Shown: one piece after another, positions 47,003-59,655 of the stretch
Numbering within the stretch: position 1 is the first letter of the stretch
How the letters are laid out: each line of letters begins with the position of its first letter
Assembly (NCBI GenBank): GCA_002269645.1
Contig: NIVC01002245.1
Coordinates: 126,374 to 190,373, forward strand
DNA: 64,000 nucleotides
Origin: Macrostomum lignano
Lineage: Eukaryota
Direction of reading: 5' to 3'
Made by a program: the position numbers and the translations under genes
Notes under the pieces: generated by a model
What the model was told of the DNA's origin: nothing
Database searches by the model: none
What the model saw: only the letters and a program-made list of their open reading frames with translations

Positions 47003-48356
47003 AGGTACATTGAGTCTAGTGAGGTTAATTCTCACCTTACACCCAGGTCCACTGAGTCTAGTGAGGTTAATTCTCACCTTACACTCAGGTAAACTGAGTC
47101 TAGTGAGGTTAATTCTCACCTTACACTCAGGTACACTGAGTCTAGTGAGGTTAATTCTCACCTTACACTCAGGTACACTGAGTCTAGTGAGGTTAATTCT
47201 CACCTTACACCCAGGTCCACTGAGTCTAGTGAGGTTAATTCTCACCTTACACCCAGGTACACTGAGTCTAGTGAGGTTAATTCTCACCTTACACCCAGGT
47301 AAACTGAGTCTAGTGAGGTTAATTCTCACCTTACACTCAGGTACACTGAGTCTAGTGAGGTTAATTCTCACCTTGCACTCAGGTACACTAAGTCTAGTGA
47401 GGTTAATTCTCACCTTACACCCAGGTCCACTGAGTCTAGTGAGGTTAATTCTCACCTTACACCCAGGTACACTGAGTCTAGTGAGGTTAATTCTCACCTT
47501 ACACTCAGGTACACTGAGTCTAGTGAGGTTAATTCTCACCTTGCACTCAGGTACACTAAGTCTAGTGAGGTTAATTCTCACCTTACACCCAGGTCCACTG
47601 AGTCTAGTGAGGTTAATTCTCACCTTACACCCAGGTACACTGAGTCTAGTGAGGTTAATTCTCACCTTACACTCAGGTACACTGAGTCTAGTGAGGTTAA
47701 TTCTCACCTTACACTCAGGTACACTGAGTCTAGTGAGGTTAATTCTCACCTTACACTCAGGTACACTGAGTCTAGTGAGGTTAATTCTCACCTTACACTC
47801 AGGTACACTGAGTCTAGTGAGGTTGATTCTCACCTTACACCAGGTACACTGAGTCTAGTGAGGTTAATTCTCACCTTACACTCAGGTACACTGAGTCTAG
47901 TGAGGTTAATTCTCACCTTGCACTCAGGTACACTGAGTCTAGTGAGGTTAATTCTCACCTTGCACTCAGGTACACTGAGTCTAGTGAGGTTAATTCTCAC
48001 CTTGCACTCAGGTACACTGAGTCTAGTGAGGTTAATTCTCACCTTGCACTCAGGTACACTGAGTCTAGTGAGGTTAATTCTCACCTTACACTCAGGTACA
48101 CTGAGTCTAGTGAGGTTAATTCTCACCTTGCACTCAGGTACACTGAGTCTAGTGAGGTTAATTCTCACCTTGCACTCAGGTACACTGAGTCTAGTGAGGT
48201 TAATTCTCACCTTGCACTCAGGTACACTGAGTCTAGTGAGGTTAATTCTCACCTTACACTCAGGTACACTGAGTCTAGTGAGGTTAATTCTCACCTTGCA
48301 CTCAGGTACACTGAGTCTAGTGAGGTTAATTCTTGCCACACACGCACTGAGTCTAG
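47003..48356 (+). repeat. 42-bp minisatellite (gtacactgagtctagtgaggttaattctcaccttacactcag), about 32 copies
   Basis: Unit read directly; one 41-nt unit at about 47840 shifts the spurious ORFs. Confidence 0.97.
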
Positions 48357-49260
48357 AATTGAATACTGACTGAGTATGCTTCTATATTGTACTCTTAATT
48401 TACAGTTTTTTCATACCCAATACAAAGCGTAAAGACCTTTTAGGGAATTTTCGCTCTGACGTTCACAGTCGGTTAAAGTTAATCAAAACGGAATCTCCCA
48501 GAGTCAAATTAAAATTCTCCAACTGTCTATCCTACAGTGTCCGGTTAATTAAAGTTTTTTTCTGAACTTTTCTGACTGAGCCTCAAAGCCTCCTCGACCG
48601 GGTGCATTTCTCCGCGATCAAAATATATCGCAAAAGGTCCCGGTGTCGTGTAGATACAAAATAATCTAAAATGCACCACAATTTGGGAGTCATGGGCGAC
48701 TACTTGGGCGCCGCTCTTCAATCGGTAATTTCAGAGAATTTCTCTACATTTCGAAAGGTCGCAGACTTTATAAGTACTTTCTTTCTATTGCTTTCTGAAG
48801 TTTTACAACGTCGTGATTTAACTGAAAAACTTGTTTTTCCTTCGGCTTACACACTGTGACGTCAGGATCAGCAGCTGCCGTTTGTTTTATTGAAGTCGTT
48901 CTTGGACACAACCAGAAGCAAAACGAGAAAATCTCAGAAAATTCACAGAAAAAGAAGATAATTACAGGCAGCTTAATTGTAGCAGCTCTGCCTGCGCCTG
49001 CGCAATTACATTTTTTAAACCAAACAGTCGCTTTTTCTTTGATTTTTTTTCGTGTGAGCGACGCAATCAGATTTCTCGGCTGGCGGGAAATTCTGGAACT
49101 CCGCAATGCGCAGCAGTTTGCTTAGCGCAGAGTTCCTCTGCACTGGCACGCGGGTAGCGGCTGCCGTAGTGTGTGACGCCTGAGCACGAGTATCTCCCTG
49201 AGCAATTGGAGATCTTGTTCGAAAGTTGAGATGCTAAGAGATGCCCGAATAAAGTTCGAA

Positions 49261-49538
49261 CTATGTCGATGATTATGTCGATGACTATGTCGATGACTAT
49301 GTCGATGACTATGTCGATGACTATGTCGATGACTATGTCGATGACTATGTCGATAAATATATCAATGACTATGCCGATGACTATGTCGATGAATATGTCG
49401 AAGACTATGTCGAAGACTATGTCGAAGACTATGTCGAAGACTATGTCGAAGACTATGTCGAAGACTATGTCGAAGACTATGTCGAAGACTATGTCGAAGA
49501 CTATGTCGAAGACTATGTCGAAGACTATGTCGAAGACT
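49261..49538 (+). repeat. 12-bp repeat (ctatgtcgatga, then ctatgtcgaaga)
   Basis: Two homogeneous sub-blocks; ends at a SINE head. Confidence 0.95.
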
Positions 49539-49540
49539 AA

Positions 49541-49870
49541 GGGGGCCGTAGCCCAGCGGTCTAGCGCAGGCTCTGGTGTGCCAGCGACCCAGGCTCGATT
49601 CCAAGTGCAGTCACATTAATTTGGGGCTGAATTGGAATCTCGGCTTGGCTCTGCTCGTGCAATTAACGGCCTTGAGAGCCAACCCCCTAAGGTGCAGTGA
49701 AGTGTACATGCCTAACGATAAAATAAAGTTTGGGCTGCTGTACACTCCTGTGTGAGTGTGTGCCTGCGTACGTATCCGCGCGCTTGTATGCCTGCTCAGG
49801 GGAGTCGGCGGAATGGGCAGTAATGCCTCTCGCCGGTTGTGTGCCGATGTCGCTTAAAGTGCGCCAGAGT
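49541..49870 (+). mobile_element. tRNA-derived SINE, near full length (a partial second copy follows at about 49965-50130)
   Basis: GGGGGCCGTAGCCCAGCGG (A-box), GGCTCGATTCC (B-box), shared body gccaacccc.aagg...tgtacatgcct..cgat. Confidence 0.7.
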
Positions 49871-50448
49871 GCACACAGCCCCCCTGCCTCTAATAAAATG
49901 TCGAAGACTATGTCGATATCTACATCGATGACTATTTTGATGACTATGACTATGACTGTGCAGTCACTTTAATTTGGAGCTAAATTAGAATCCCGGCTCG
50001 GGTCTAATGCCCTTGAGGGCCAACCCCCAAGGCACACTGAATGCGTAAGTATCCGCGCGCTTGTGTGCCTGCTCAGGGGAGCAGGTGGAATGGACAGTAA
50101 TGCCTCTCTCGGTTGTTCTGCCTTATGCCTCTAAAAATGTCGATGACGATGCCTCGCAATCCGCATGATTTTCAAGGGAGGTGCGGAGAGTTTTATTGAA
50201 AATGAGGTTCAGGAGGAAGAGCTGGAACTCCATGAAGATTCTCTATTTTTGTTCAAGATATTTTGTCATGGCTGTAACAAGGATCACTGTAGGATCACAA
50301 ATGTAAAAGGACGTAAAACTAATAATTCTCATACTAGTAGCTATTCCTATACCTGCCTAAATAATTTGATGTAAACAATGTTTACCAATATCATTTTTCA
50401 TATTTTTGTTGACCTAGTCTTCAATTTTTAAACCAAGGTTAGCTTAAA

Positions 50449-50707
50449 GCTGACCCACAAACTGAATTGGATACTCGATGGGTCAGCTGACCCACAAAAT
50501 GAATTGGATACTCGATGGGTCAGCTGACCCACAAACTGAATTGGATACTCGATGGGTCAGCTGACCCACAAACTGAATTGGATACTCGATGGGTCAGCTG
50601 ACCCACAAACTGAATTGGATACTCGATGGGTCAGCTGACCCACAAACTGAATTGGATACTCGATGGGTCAGCTGACCCACAAACTGAATTGGATACTCGA
50701 TGGGTCA
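50449..50707 (+). repeat. 37-bp tandem repeat (gctgacccacaaactgaattggatactcgatgggtca), exactly 7 copies
   Basis: 259 bp = 7 x 37; junctions form the palindrome tgggtcagctgaccca. Confidence 0.97.
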
Positions 50708-50879
50708 TTTAATGAAAAAAATGATTTCAGTGGTCCTTGAGCAGTGAGCCAGAGCACTTTAGAAGTTTGTGATGCTGTTCGCTAGCGGGATTGGTCCTGA
50801 ATGTGGGGCCTATAATTCTGTTTAGGCAGAATATTCTCTCTTTCTAAAAGGGAGGCAGAGCAGTTCAGGGATAAACGCG

Positions 50880-51005
50880 TGTCACAGCCATGATTGCCAA
50901 CCCCCAAGGCACAGAGACTGTACATGCCTGACGATAGGAAAGTCAGGGCCCCTGTACACCCTGAGTGAGCGTGTGTTCGTATGAGTGCGTGCCCAGAAGT
51001 CAGTG
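50880..51005 (+). mobile_element. SINE body fragment
   Basis: gccaacccccaaggcacagagactgtacatgcctgacgat...tcagggcccctgtacaccc. Confidence 0.65.
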
Positions 51006-51795
51006 GAATCACGAATTAAATAACTCCTTAAAACAGGTTTCGGATGCTGATATCCGTCTGACTTCAGTCTCGGACTTGTTGTCAGAGACACAAATTACGC
51101 TGGCCAACACGGTGCAGCAGAAACTCTTATGCAGGATAAAATCCTAGCCTGTTTACACGGCGGCCAAAATGTCACTCTTTGATTGCAGGCCATTCAGGCG
51201 GCACTGAATAAAAGGCAATGCAGGCAGGCCCGCAGGCCCAACAGTAACTCGGACGTCAGCGCAAGTACGCGATTGGGTCGGATGGGGAGAGATTTCCCAA
51301 ATTTGGCAGTCACAATCGATAGAGGGACTTAGGAAGGGAAGAGAGAGTTGGAGAGGGCCGAGGGGAGCGAGGAAGGGAGAGGCCGGGATCCCAGACATTT
51401 TCATCCCAGAGGACCGGCCTCGTCTATTTTTATCTGACCCCGCAGTGTCCCCAGCTGAGCCCGTTCAAATGCACGGGAGTGATGTGGGAATTTTCCAGAA
51501 AAAAAAACTGCAAGGCTTCTTCATAACCCGTCGTTCCTCATCAGGCTCAGGATTCTGCACGCACACAGCAGCCACTCCCGGCTCTTGCTATTGGTCACAC
51601 CCAGACCAAACCCTCCCCCACACCCCCACACACGCACGGCCAGCCCTATATAGTAAAGTAAATTCTGGCACCCACAAGACCCTCTGCTGCCGCTCTTAGC
51701 AACACAGAAAGCAAGAGAACTCGGACGCCTTTAAACATCTCGTAAAGCCTCAACTGCTGTACTCCAGATAATCAACCCAACCGATTCTAAGAAAC

Positions 51796-54700
51796 ATGGC
51801 AAAACGAACGGTAAAGTTGTGCAACCTTAATTTCATAACCATGTTTCGGCTCAGCTCTATCTATTCATTCCTTGTATCATTAATTGCAGGTGACGCCGTG
51901 GCTAATTCTGTCCTGCTTTATCACCTGTTTTGGCTCGTCGATGTTGTACGGATACAATATCTCCGTGTTTAATGGGCCCAAGGATGTAAGCTTAAAGTGC
52001 ACTTGCTACTTTATATAAATAGAAGTTCTCTAACTGGCTCTTACTCGGCCAGAGTATGCAGAGACCCCCGCTCCAGTCAAATCTCAGCCAAAGAAATCCG
52101 CCCCAGTGAGAATCTCAGCCAAAGAAATCCGCCCCAGTGAGAATCTCACCCAAAGAAATCCGCCCCAGTGAGAATCTCAGCCAAACAAATCCGCCCCAGT
52201 GAGAATCTCACCTAAATAAATCTTGCCCCAGTGAGAATCTCACCCAAAGAAATCCGCCCCAGTGAGAATCTCACCCAAAGAAATCCACCCCAGTGAGAAT
52301 CTCAGCCAAACAAATCCGCCCCAGTGAGAATCTCACCTAAAGAAATCTTGCCCCAGTGAGAATCTCACCCAAAGAAATCCACCCAGTGAGAATCTCAAAC
52401 AGCAAGCCTCTAGACTTTAAGGTCAAGACTTTACTAACAAATAAATCCCTCTTTACCCATGTACAGCACATCATGTGCTTCCTGAGCGAGAACCTGCTGC
52501 AGATCCCCTGCAAGGATCTTTCGAAAAATGCCGAAAACGGCAAGGATGCGAACGGCACCGCCCCGGAAACTGCGGTGGACGAAGCGGGGCACAAGCTCGG
52601 TCTGTACTACTCCCTCATCATGACGGTGTGGATCGTGTTCGGCGCAATCGGTGCCTTCAGCACCGGTGCAATTTCGAACTTCTTTGGAAGGTAGGTGTCG
52701 CTGCCAGACCTCTGTGCGAACTGTTTACTAAGCATTCTATAGGGGGGGGGGGCGCCACGGCCTCTTCTTGTGCACGAGAATAGGCCGAGAGGGTTGTCCT
52801 GCGATTCACGGGCATGATGGTCAACCAGCAAGGCACAGAGACTGTACATGCCTGACGATTAGACAGTCAGGGCCCCTGTACACCCTGTGTGAGCGTGCGT
52901 ATGAGTGCGTGTCTGTGTGTGCTCAGGAGCCAGCGGAGTGGGGAGAATTGCTGTCAGCGCTGGTGGTGGGACCATGTCGCCGAAGGTATTTTTATCAGCT
53001 ATTTCTGTAATTATGTACCTATGCTAGAGACTTCAGTTGATTAGCAACTGGTCTCATAGTGTTTGCTTACAGCTGAGCGTCATAGATTCTTAATTTAGTA
53101 GTGCATTGGGCCATACTTAAAGAGAATTGTCCAAGCCTCTTAAAACGAAGTATTGCTGAGAATACGAGGCATGGGTAATTATTTGATAAGTATTCTGAGC
53201 TTGATGTGTACTCAACTAAATACAGAGCCTCCAACCAGTCTCACTTGAAGTGGTTTTGCCACCCCGCAGAGGCCAATACTTGAGATAGAAGGAGCTCGTG
53301 GGTGTGAGCTCTGTGAGTATGCTGCTTTCGAATCTGCAACAGAACAGCCGTCCCCTTCGGGCAACCGTAGCTTAGCTGGGCTACCGTCTTATGCTTTGTC
53401 AAAACTAGGTCGCTTAACTAGTCCTTATAAAAGCCGTAGATTAACGTTGAAGGTAGCAATGTAGATCCCATCGTTCTTCCGTGGCTCGTGCATTCAATGG
53501 TGGACGGCTCGCCCATAGACACTCGTGCTTTAGCCTTGCTGCACTCCCAGCCATGCTTCAGTGCTTCATTGTTGGAATGGAATGGAATCCTACAGGCTTC
53601 TAAGGTTTTATGACCCTAAACACCCAACCAGCATTTGCGTCAATACGCTCGCGGAGGCCAGACAGGCGCAATAAAAAGTCCATTTTACAAGGGGGAGGGG
53701 CTGCCTTCCACATTCCTGCCCTGTCCTCCTGGGCCGGGGCGTCGGATGTAGACGATTAAAACTGCCATACTAAAATAGCAAGAGCACCCAAGAGAGTGAG
53801 GCTTCCAGATTAACTATACGCCCACCATGCAGCTGCGTAGATGCGTATGTTTTTTGTGCTCCGGTTTTTGCCGTGTGCCACACCCTCGCCTCCCACTGTG
53901 CCGCAGACTACATGCTGCGTGCCACACCCTCCCCACTGTACCAGACTACATGCAGTGTGCCACACCCTCCCCCTGTACCAGACTACATGCAGTGTGCCAC
54001 ACCCTCCAAACGCCCCTTCAGACGCAACGGCCTGCTGTTCAACAACGCCTTCATGATCGCCGGAGCTATCATCTCAGCGCCAACCGTGGCCACCAAGATT
54101 CCCTACCTGCTCTACATTGGCCGCGCGTTCATCGGCTTCAACTGCGGTAAGAATCGCGGCCCAGCAGTGAGACCGCATCTGGTTTCATGTGTCCCGTTCG
54201 CGCAGACTGCGCGCACTTGCAATTCCAGACTAGGTTCACTCGGTCTGGTTTATTTCACATTAAGAGGACGTATAAGCAGTAAAACTCGTGAGACAGAAAG
54301 ATGTAGCAGTTTTCGTTCACGCATTCCGCCCGCCCACACAAAGTTTCACACGGTCTACCAGACACAAAATTCACAGTGTTTCAAGTTGCAATAACCCCCA
54401 GCACATCGCTCCCACAGCGCAGTGCATTGCTGATGCGCTCTCTCATGTACCGAAATTTTCTTTTCTCGCTAATCCGCACTCAATTCTCACTCTCACCCGT
54501 CCATCTCTCTCGCAGGTGTGACCATCGGGCTCGCCAGCATCTACCTGACCGAGATCGCCCCAATCCACATCCGTGGCGCGATCGGGGCCTGCCACCAGCT
54601 AGCGGTGACCATCGGCATTCTGGTCGCCTTCGTGTGCTCCGGCCTGAAGCAGACGATGAACCACGAGGACCTGTGGATCGTGGCGCAGGCCCTCACCGGG

Positions 54701-57700
54701 GTTCCGGCTATCATCTCCCTGATCGTGCTGCCCTTCTGCCCGGAGTCGCCCAGGTTTCTCTTCATGAACAAGGGCCGCATTGAGGACGCCAAGAAGGCCT
54801 TGGAGCGGCTATACCCGGGCGATAATCCCGAGGATTACATCGAGGAGATGCGCCAGGAGATGCAGGGCACCTGCTCCGCTGGCGAGTGCGCTGTCAAGGA
54901 CGACGCTGACGACGTCCCCATGGCTGCGGCGGCTCCGGCCAAGAAGTTCCACTTTGTCCAGCTGTTCACCCAGGCTGACCTGCGCATGCCAGTCGCCATC
55001 GCCGTGGGAATCCAGATCATGCAGCAGCTGAGCGGCATCAATGCTGTGAGCAGCCACTCATGAAATGATTTATTAATGCCAATGGGAAACTCTTGTACCG
55101 AGGAGTTCCAACCAAGGACCCCTGGGGACCTGTCAGGGACAATGTCGACTAAATGAGACACGATGCGAATTCTCTGGAACATTGCTATTTCCCAGAGAAC
55201 CCTGACTTGAGGGTCGGTTGAAGGACAAAACTGTCGTCGTAAATAGGTCAATTAAGGAAATCGGACCGACCTGAGAGTCAATTTATTTATTGGGCTTAGC
55301 AGAGAAGCAGCACGCGCCATCCGTGAAGAATTCCTCCATCAAAGGGATTCGAGACTCGCCCTGAGCCCGTCAGAACTGCAGTTTGCTGCTCCAGGGTTTG
55401 GACAGTCGTGAGGCCAGCTGTGCCAATCAAATCCTCCTTTTTTACCTGCGCTAAATTATTTGTCCATTAGAGTTGCCAAGGCAACCCAAAAGCTGCTGAC
55501 GTCAGACGGGCGGCCCTCATTAGCGGGGTCCGGTTGGCTGGACCAGCTGCTAGTCTTCAAATAGAAGACCAGCCCAGCACCGCAATGCTTTCCCAATGCA
55601 ATCTTCAGTTTTGGCGCCCCGCGAACTGTCCGTCAGCTGAATGCTTTGACTGACTTCCCCCCCCCCGGCTGCTAGCAGCTTTGGGGAATTGGTGAATAGT
55701 TTCCGCTGCTATTTCTGGAGCTGGCACTTTTACTGCATGCATGCTGACGAAATCTGTGCACACAATCGTAGAGATTTGCGAGGTAGAAAAAATCACCCCC
55801 CTGGCCGAAGCAGATCCGGCCGCCAGCAGCTGTCTCAGCAGCTGTCGCCCCGAGCAAAACTGTTGGTCTCTCTCGGTTGGCTCCGGACTAAATGGCAGAC
55901 AGTAGGTAGAAACGGACTTTTTCGTAATCAATTAAGACATGATGAAGCACCTGGCTGGCTGACGTCAATTAGGCGTCTGACCAGTTTGAACTGCTCCCAG
56001 CGGGGGTGTCTAAGAGCGTGACAAGTTCTCAGGCCCGCTAGCTTAAGACAATAATGAGCAGTAAACTGCCTGCTTAATGAGCACCGACGATGTGCGCTCA
56101 GATAATTAAATGGCTGTCAGGTGACCAGACTGCCGCTAGACTCCCCGCTGGCAGCTGAAACAGACGGACAGCTTGAGCAGGCTCTGTCACCTGCTCACCC
56201 TTAGCCATCGATTGATGGGGGCGTGGCTCTCAGCCTCCTTCTGTTGCGTGCACTTTTCTATTGCAAAGCTGCGCCCCACTGAGAGGGAACCTCGTCCTCA
56301 CCGAGGCCGTGTTGTTGCCGTCTGTTTGGGGAGCGGGGCAGAGGCGGGGGCGGGGGCTACGTGGGTGGAGCTTTGAGGATTTCTTAGCCTGGGGGATTGA
56401 GGCTAGAGTGGATGGTTTCCATGACAACGGCAACACAGAGGTTGGGGAACAAGCTGCAAGGGAGAGCAGGGAGGGAAGGCGCTGCTTTGCCCTCCCAGTC
56501 ACTAACACTCTCGCACTCATTCCGCACCCCGGCATGCCCTGAGTCTATTGAAATCCCCTGCTGAATTTGAGCCCCCCTCCCCCAGTCCCCTAGCAGCTGC
56601 GGCCCTGAGCTGTATCTCGCATTGACTAAACCCTAGAGCACTGCATGGCAACTGCCGCATCTCTCTCAAGTTTTTTACTACCTCCAGTAAACTGCCCCAC
56701 TCCGCAGTGCATTGTCAGCGCAGTTTAGACGCTTTAGTCTTGTTGTAGTCAAGGCAGCGGGTCTGTGTTCTGGCCTCCCTATTGCCCGACTGCAGACAAG
56801 GAGTCTACCCCCCCCCTCCGGGAACCGAGGGTGAACTATTATTCTCTCCAATTTCTCTCGATCCGGAGCGTTCTGGAAAACTCCCGCGCTCAATGCAACC
56901 ATAAATGCATAATTAATCAAATGCTAATTCCCCGTGTACTGGGGCCCGAATCGGATATGGAACCCGGATCTAAACAGGGTCAAGACTTGCACCTGTCGCA
57001 ACCTCCCGCTTCGGCCCGCAGGTAATGAGCTACTCCTCAACCATGATGGAGACCTCCGGCATCCATAGCGACTACGTGCCCTACGTGAACCTCGGCTTCA
57101 GCTTCTTCAACGTTGTGTGCACCGTGGCCTCGCTGCCCCTGCTGGAGAAATTCGGCCGCAGGACCCTCCTGCTGGTGCCGTCCGCAATCCTGGCAGTCAG
57201 CCTGGTGGTCCTCTGCGCCAGCGCCGTGGTCGTCTCGGAGACTCAATCACCCGACGTCAAGCGCATCGTCTCCATCGTCTTCATGGGGTTCATCTTCGTG
57301 TACATCGCGGGCTTCGCCTTCGGCCTGGGCACCATACCCGGCTTCATCGTTGCCGAGGTCTTCCGTCAGGAGCCGCGGAGCGCCGCCTACTCGCTTAGCC
57401 AGGGCGTCCAGTGGATCTCCAACCTGATCGTGTCCACCACTTTCGTCAACCTGAACTTGGCCATCCAGGGCTACGTGTTCCTCATCTACCTGAGCGTGGT
57501 CGTGCCCTTCTGGATCTTCTTCTTCGTCTGCATGCCGGAGACGAAGAACCGCAGCTTTGATGACATCGCCAACGACCTGGCCTTTACCCGGCTGTGCCGC
57601 GGCGCCAACGACGCCCAGGTGATCGAGGACGGCGGGCCGGACGCCAAGCCGATGTCGTCAAACATGTCGCTGCTGAAGGCTGACCGCATCGAGAAGAAGC

Positions 57701-57720
57701 AGCAGGACACGGTGGCCTGA
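51796..57720 (+). CDS. SLC2A/GLUT-family facilitated sugar transporter, 6 exons, 562 aa
   Basis: Exons 51796-51810, 51890-51985, 52467-52690, 54022-54146, 54516-55045, 57022-57720 splice in frame (1689 nt). Motifs FGSSMLYGYN, FGRR (twice), YLTEIAP..IRGAIG, PESPRFL, QQLSGINAV, PETKNRSFDDI. Confidence 0.95.
52078..52400 (+). repeat. 31-bp minisatellite (gtgagaatctcagccaaagaaatccgcccca), about 10 copies, in transporter intron 2
   Basis: Unit read directly. Confidence 0.93.
52815..52960 (+). mobile_element. SINE body fragment in transporter intron 3
   Basis: caaggcacagagactgtacatgcctgacgattagacagtcagggcccctgtacaccc. Confidence 0.65.
53870..54007 (+). repeat. ~38-bp repeat (gtgccacaccctccccactgtaccagactacatgcagt), about 3.5 copies, just before the exon 4 acceptor
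   Basis: Unit read directly. Confidence 0.8.
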
Positions 57721-59613
57721 GCAGTCTCTGGCCGAGAATTTTTAAGTAGAGATAGCGAACTGTCTACCGCCGCTGTTTTTATCCACAGTCTTGCCTCCTT
57801 CTGTTACATCTCGACCGCGCCGGCTGTCTCCGGAGAGATGAATTCGGAAGACTGGTCGGCGAAATACCACAGAAATTTTACTGGCATGACTGGCTATAAG
57901 ACACATTTCGCTAAACAATACATATAGCTTACTGAATAGCGGATGCCTGTGCCTCTGTAGCATCATAGCAATCACAGAATTTTTGGGTAAGGCTGTTTAT
58001 TTTAGTTTTAGGTCACACTGCCGCGCTTCGTGTTGTACTTACTTTAGTGCTCTGTAAGCTCGTTCGTCCGCTTCATACTTCTTGTAGCTCGTATGCCTCT
58101 GTTAACTACAGAACAGTCTCAATCTCAATGCGACTCAATGCAAGCGCGGTAACAGATAACTATATACATATGCCTAACATTTACCTCTTTTTAGTTGATT
58201 TTGGTTTCCCAGCTGCTCGCCGATTTGCTCATGTACATAATGCGCATCTGTTTCGAATCTGTGAAGGGCGCCTAAGCTACTATTTTTATTCTAACAAATC
58301 CACACGCACCTGTAATTAATGCATCGACTCGAGCGGTGTATTCGGTCAGCAACTCAATTTTATGGGTTTCAGGATTGTCTTAGATTAGTAACTGAAACTA
58401 TTTAGGTCCAAGCACGCTGCAGAGCGATCTCCTTGCTGTCCCCGGTTTTACCACAGAACGATTCGAGAACACATTGCCACTGCACTGCGCACTATGATGG
58501 ATTTCGCTCAGCAACTGAAATATAGCTCGTACTGAGCTACACCTACACAGCACAGTACTAATCTGAGTTGTTATTTCATTTTAACTGTCCTTAGAACAAA
58601 GTATGAGAGATTACTTGACTGGCAAATATTGAGCACAACTGCTCAAACAGGTCATTAGACGGATTGCATCCGATGATTAGCGGGCCCTTGAGAAAGCGAA
58701 AGTTATGACGTGGAGTCCACTGATTAATCCCTTCACTTGGCTTCCTAATGAGCTCCTCACCATCCTCATCTATGCAGCCGGCAGCCTCCCTCAGCCTCAA
58801 CTGGGAAGACAGAAACTCTTTTAGCGGGAGCAGGGGAGATAGGGAACACCGACAACCTGCCAGATCTGGTTTCGGGTTCCACGCCTGAGATACCCATGAG
58901 GCAGTTTGGGCCATGTTTGCTGGGCTTGCCTAGTTTTTCTCACCGCCTCGGTGGCTTACTCAACATTTTTGTACTTTGCTGCCTGCCGATTGTTAATCCG
59001 TCTTTGTTGAGACTTGAAAACAACAAATAGAGCAAGTTAAGAGTGTCTTCTCCTGAGTTTCTTCACATGCTTCTCTACAAAAAGAATTTTCTCCCGAGCA
59101 ATTACCCATTTTATTCATACGGGCCAATGTCTGGATCCAGGTCCGGAAACATGCAGAATTCAGTTCCGTTCTTCAAACGGTTTCTTTCTAAAAAAAATTG
59201 CGCTTATCATAACCTTCCTTCTATAGAAAGAGCCGTTCGGGGACTGGTACAATTTGAAGAGCATCGGTAAGTTGAGATAAACCAGATAAACTTTAAACCT
59301 ACAGGAAATTTCAACGGGTTAGCGAGATACGGAAGGACATTAAAAATACTTGGAAACAGCTGAACATAACAAAATTGCGTGGCAAACCCCATATTTCTTT
59401 CCCAGACTTATAGCTTGACATCCCGTTTTATTGCTTTGGCGGAGGAAAATACTAGACTTTGAGGGACCAGTCAGAGAGCCACCTGCTTTCTTTACAGTAA
59501 ATTCGTAACGGTTAAAGATTGAGGCCGGTTCTTGTTATCTCTAGCATCAAGGACGTGCCTGTTCTAATATTAGAAGTTGCTCGAATATTACTCTGCATCT
59601 AATTTTATAGCTG

Positions 59614-59655
59614 GTCACGTGACGGGCCAAGCTCGCGCACCCCAGATCACGTGAT
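59614..59655. promoter_or_regulatory. Pair of extended E-boxes (GTCACGTGAC, ATCACGTGAT)
   Basis: Two perfect 10-bp palindromes starting 32 bp apart in a small GC-rich patch; GTCACGTGAC is the CLEAR/USF-type consensus. Confidence 0.4.

Noticed and set aside
46967-48373. Long ORFs on both strands with 14-aa periodicity; hairpin repeat suggestive of CRISPR
   Set aside because: The 42-bp unit is a multiple of 3 without stops in those frames; there are no unique spacers or cas genes and the context is eukaryotic.
49263-49619. Met/Ser/Thr/Lys repeat protein
   Set aside because: Translation of a 12-bp repeat running into a SINE head.
50449-50707. 37-bp palindromic repeat as a CRISPR array
   Set aside because: Units are directly adjacent with no variable spacers.
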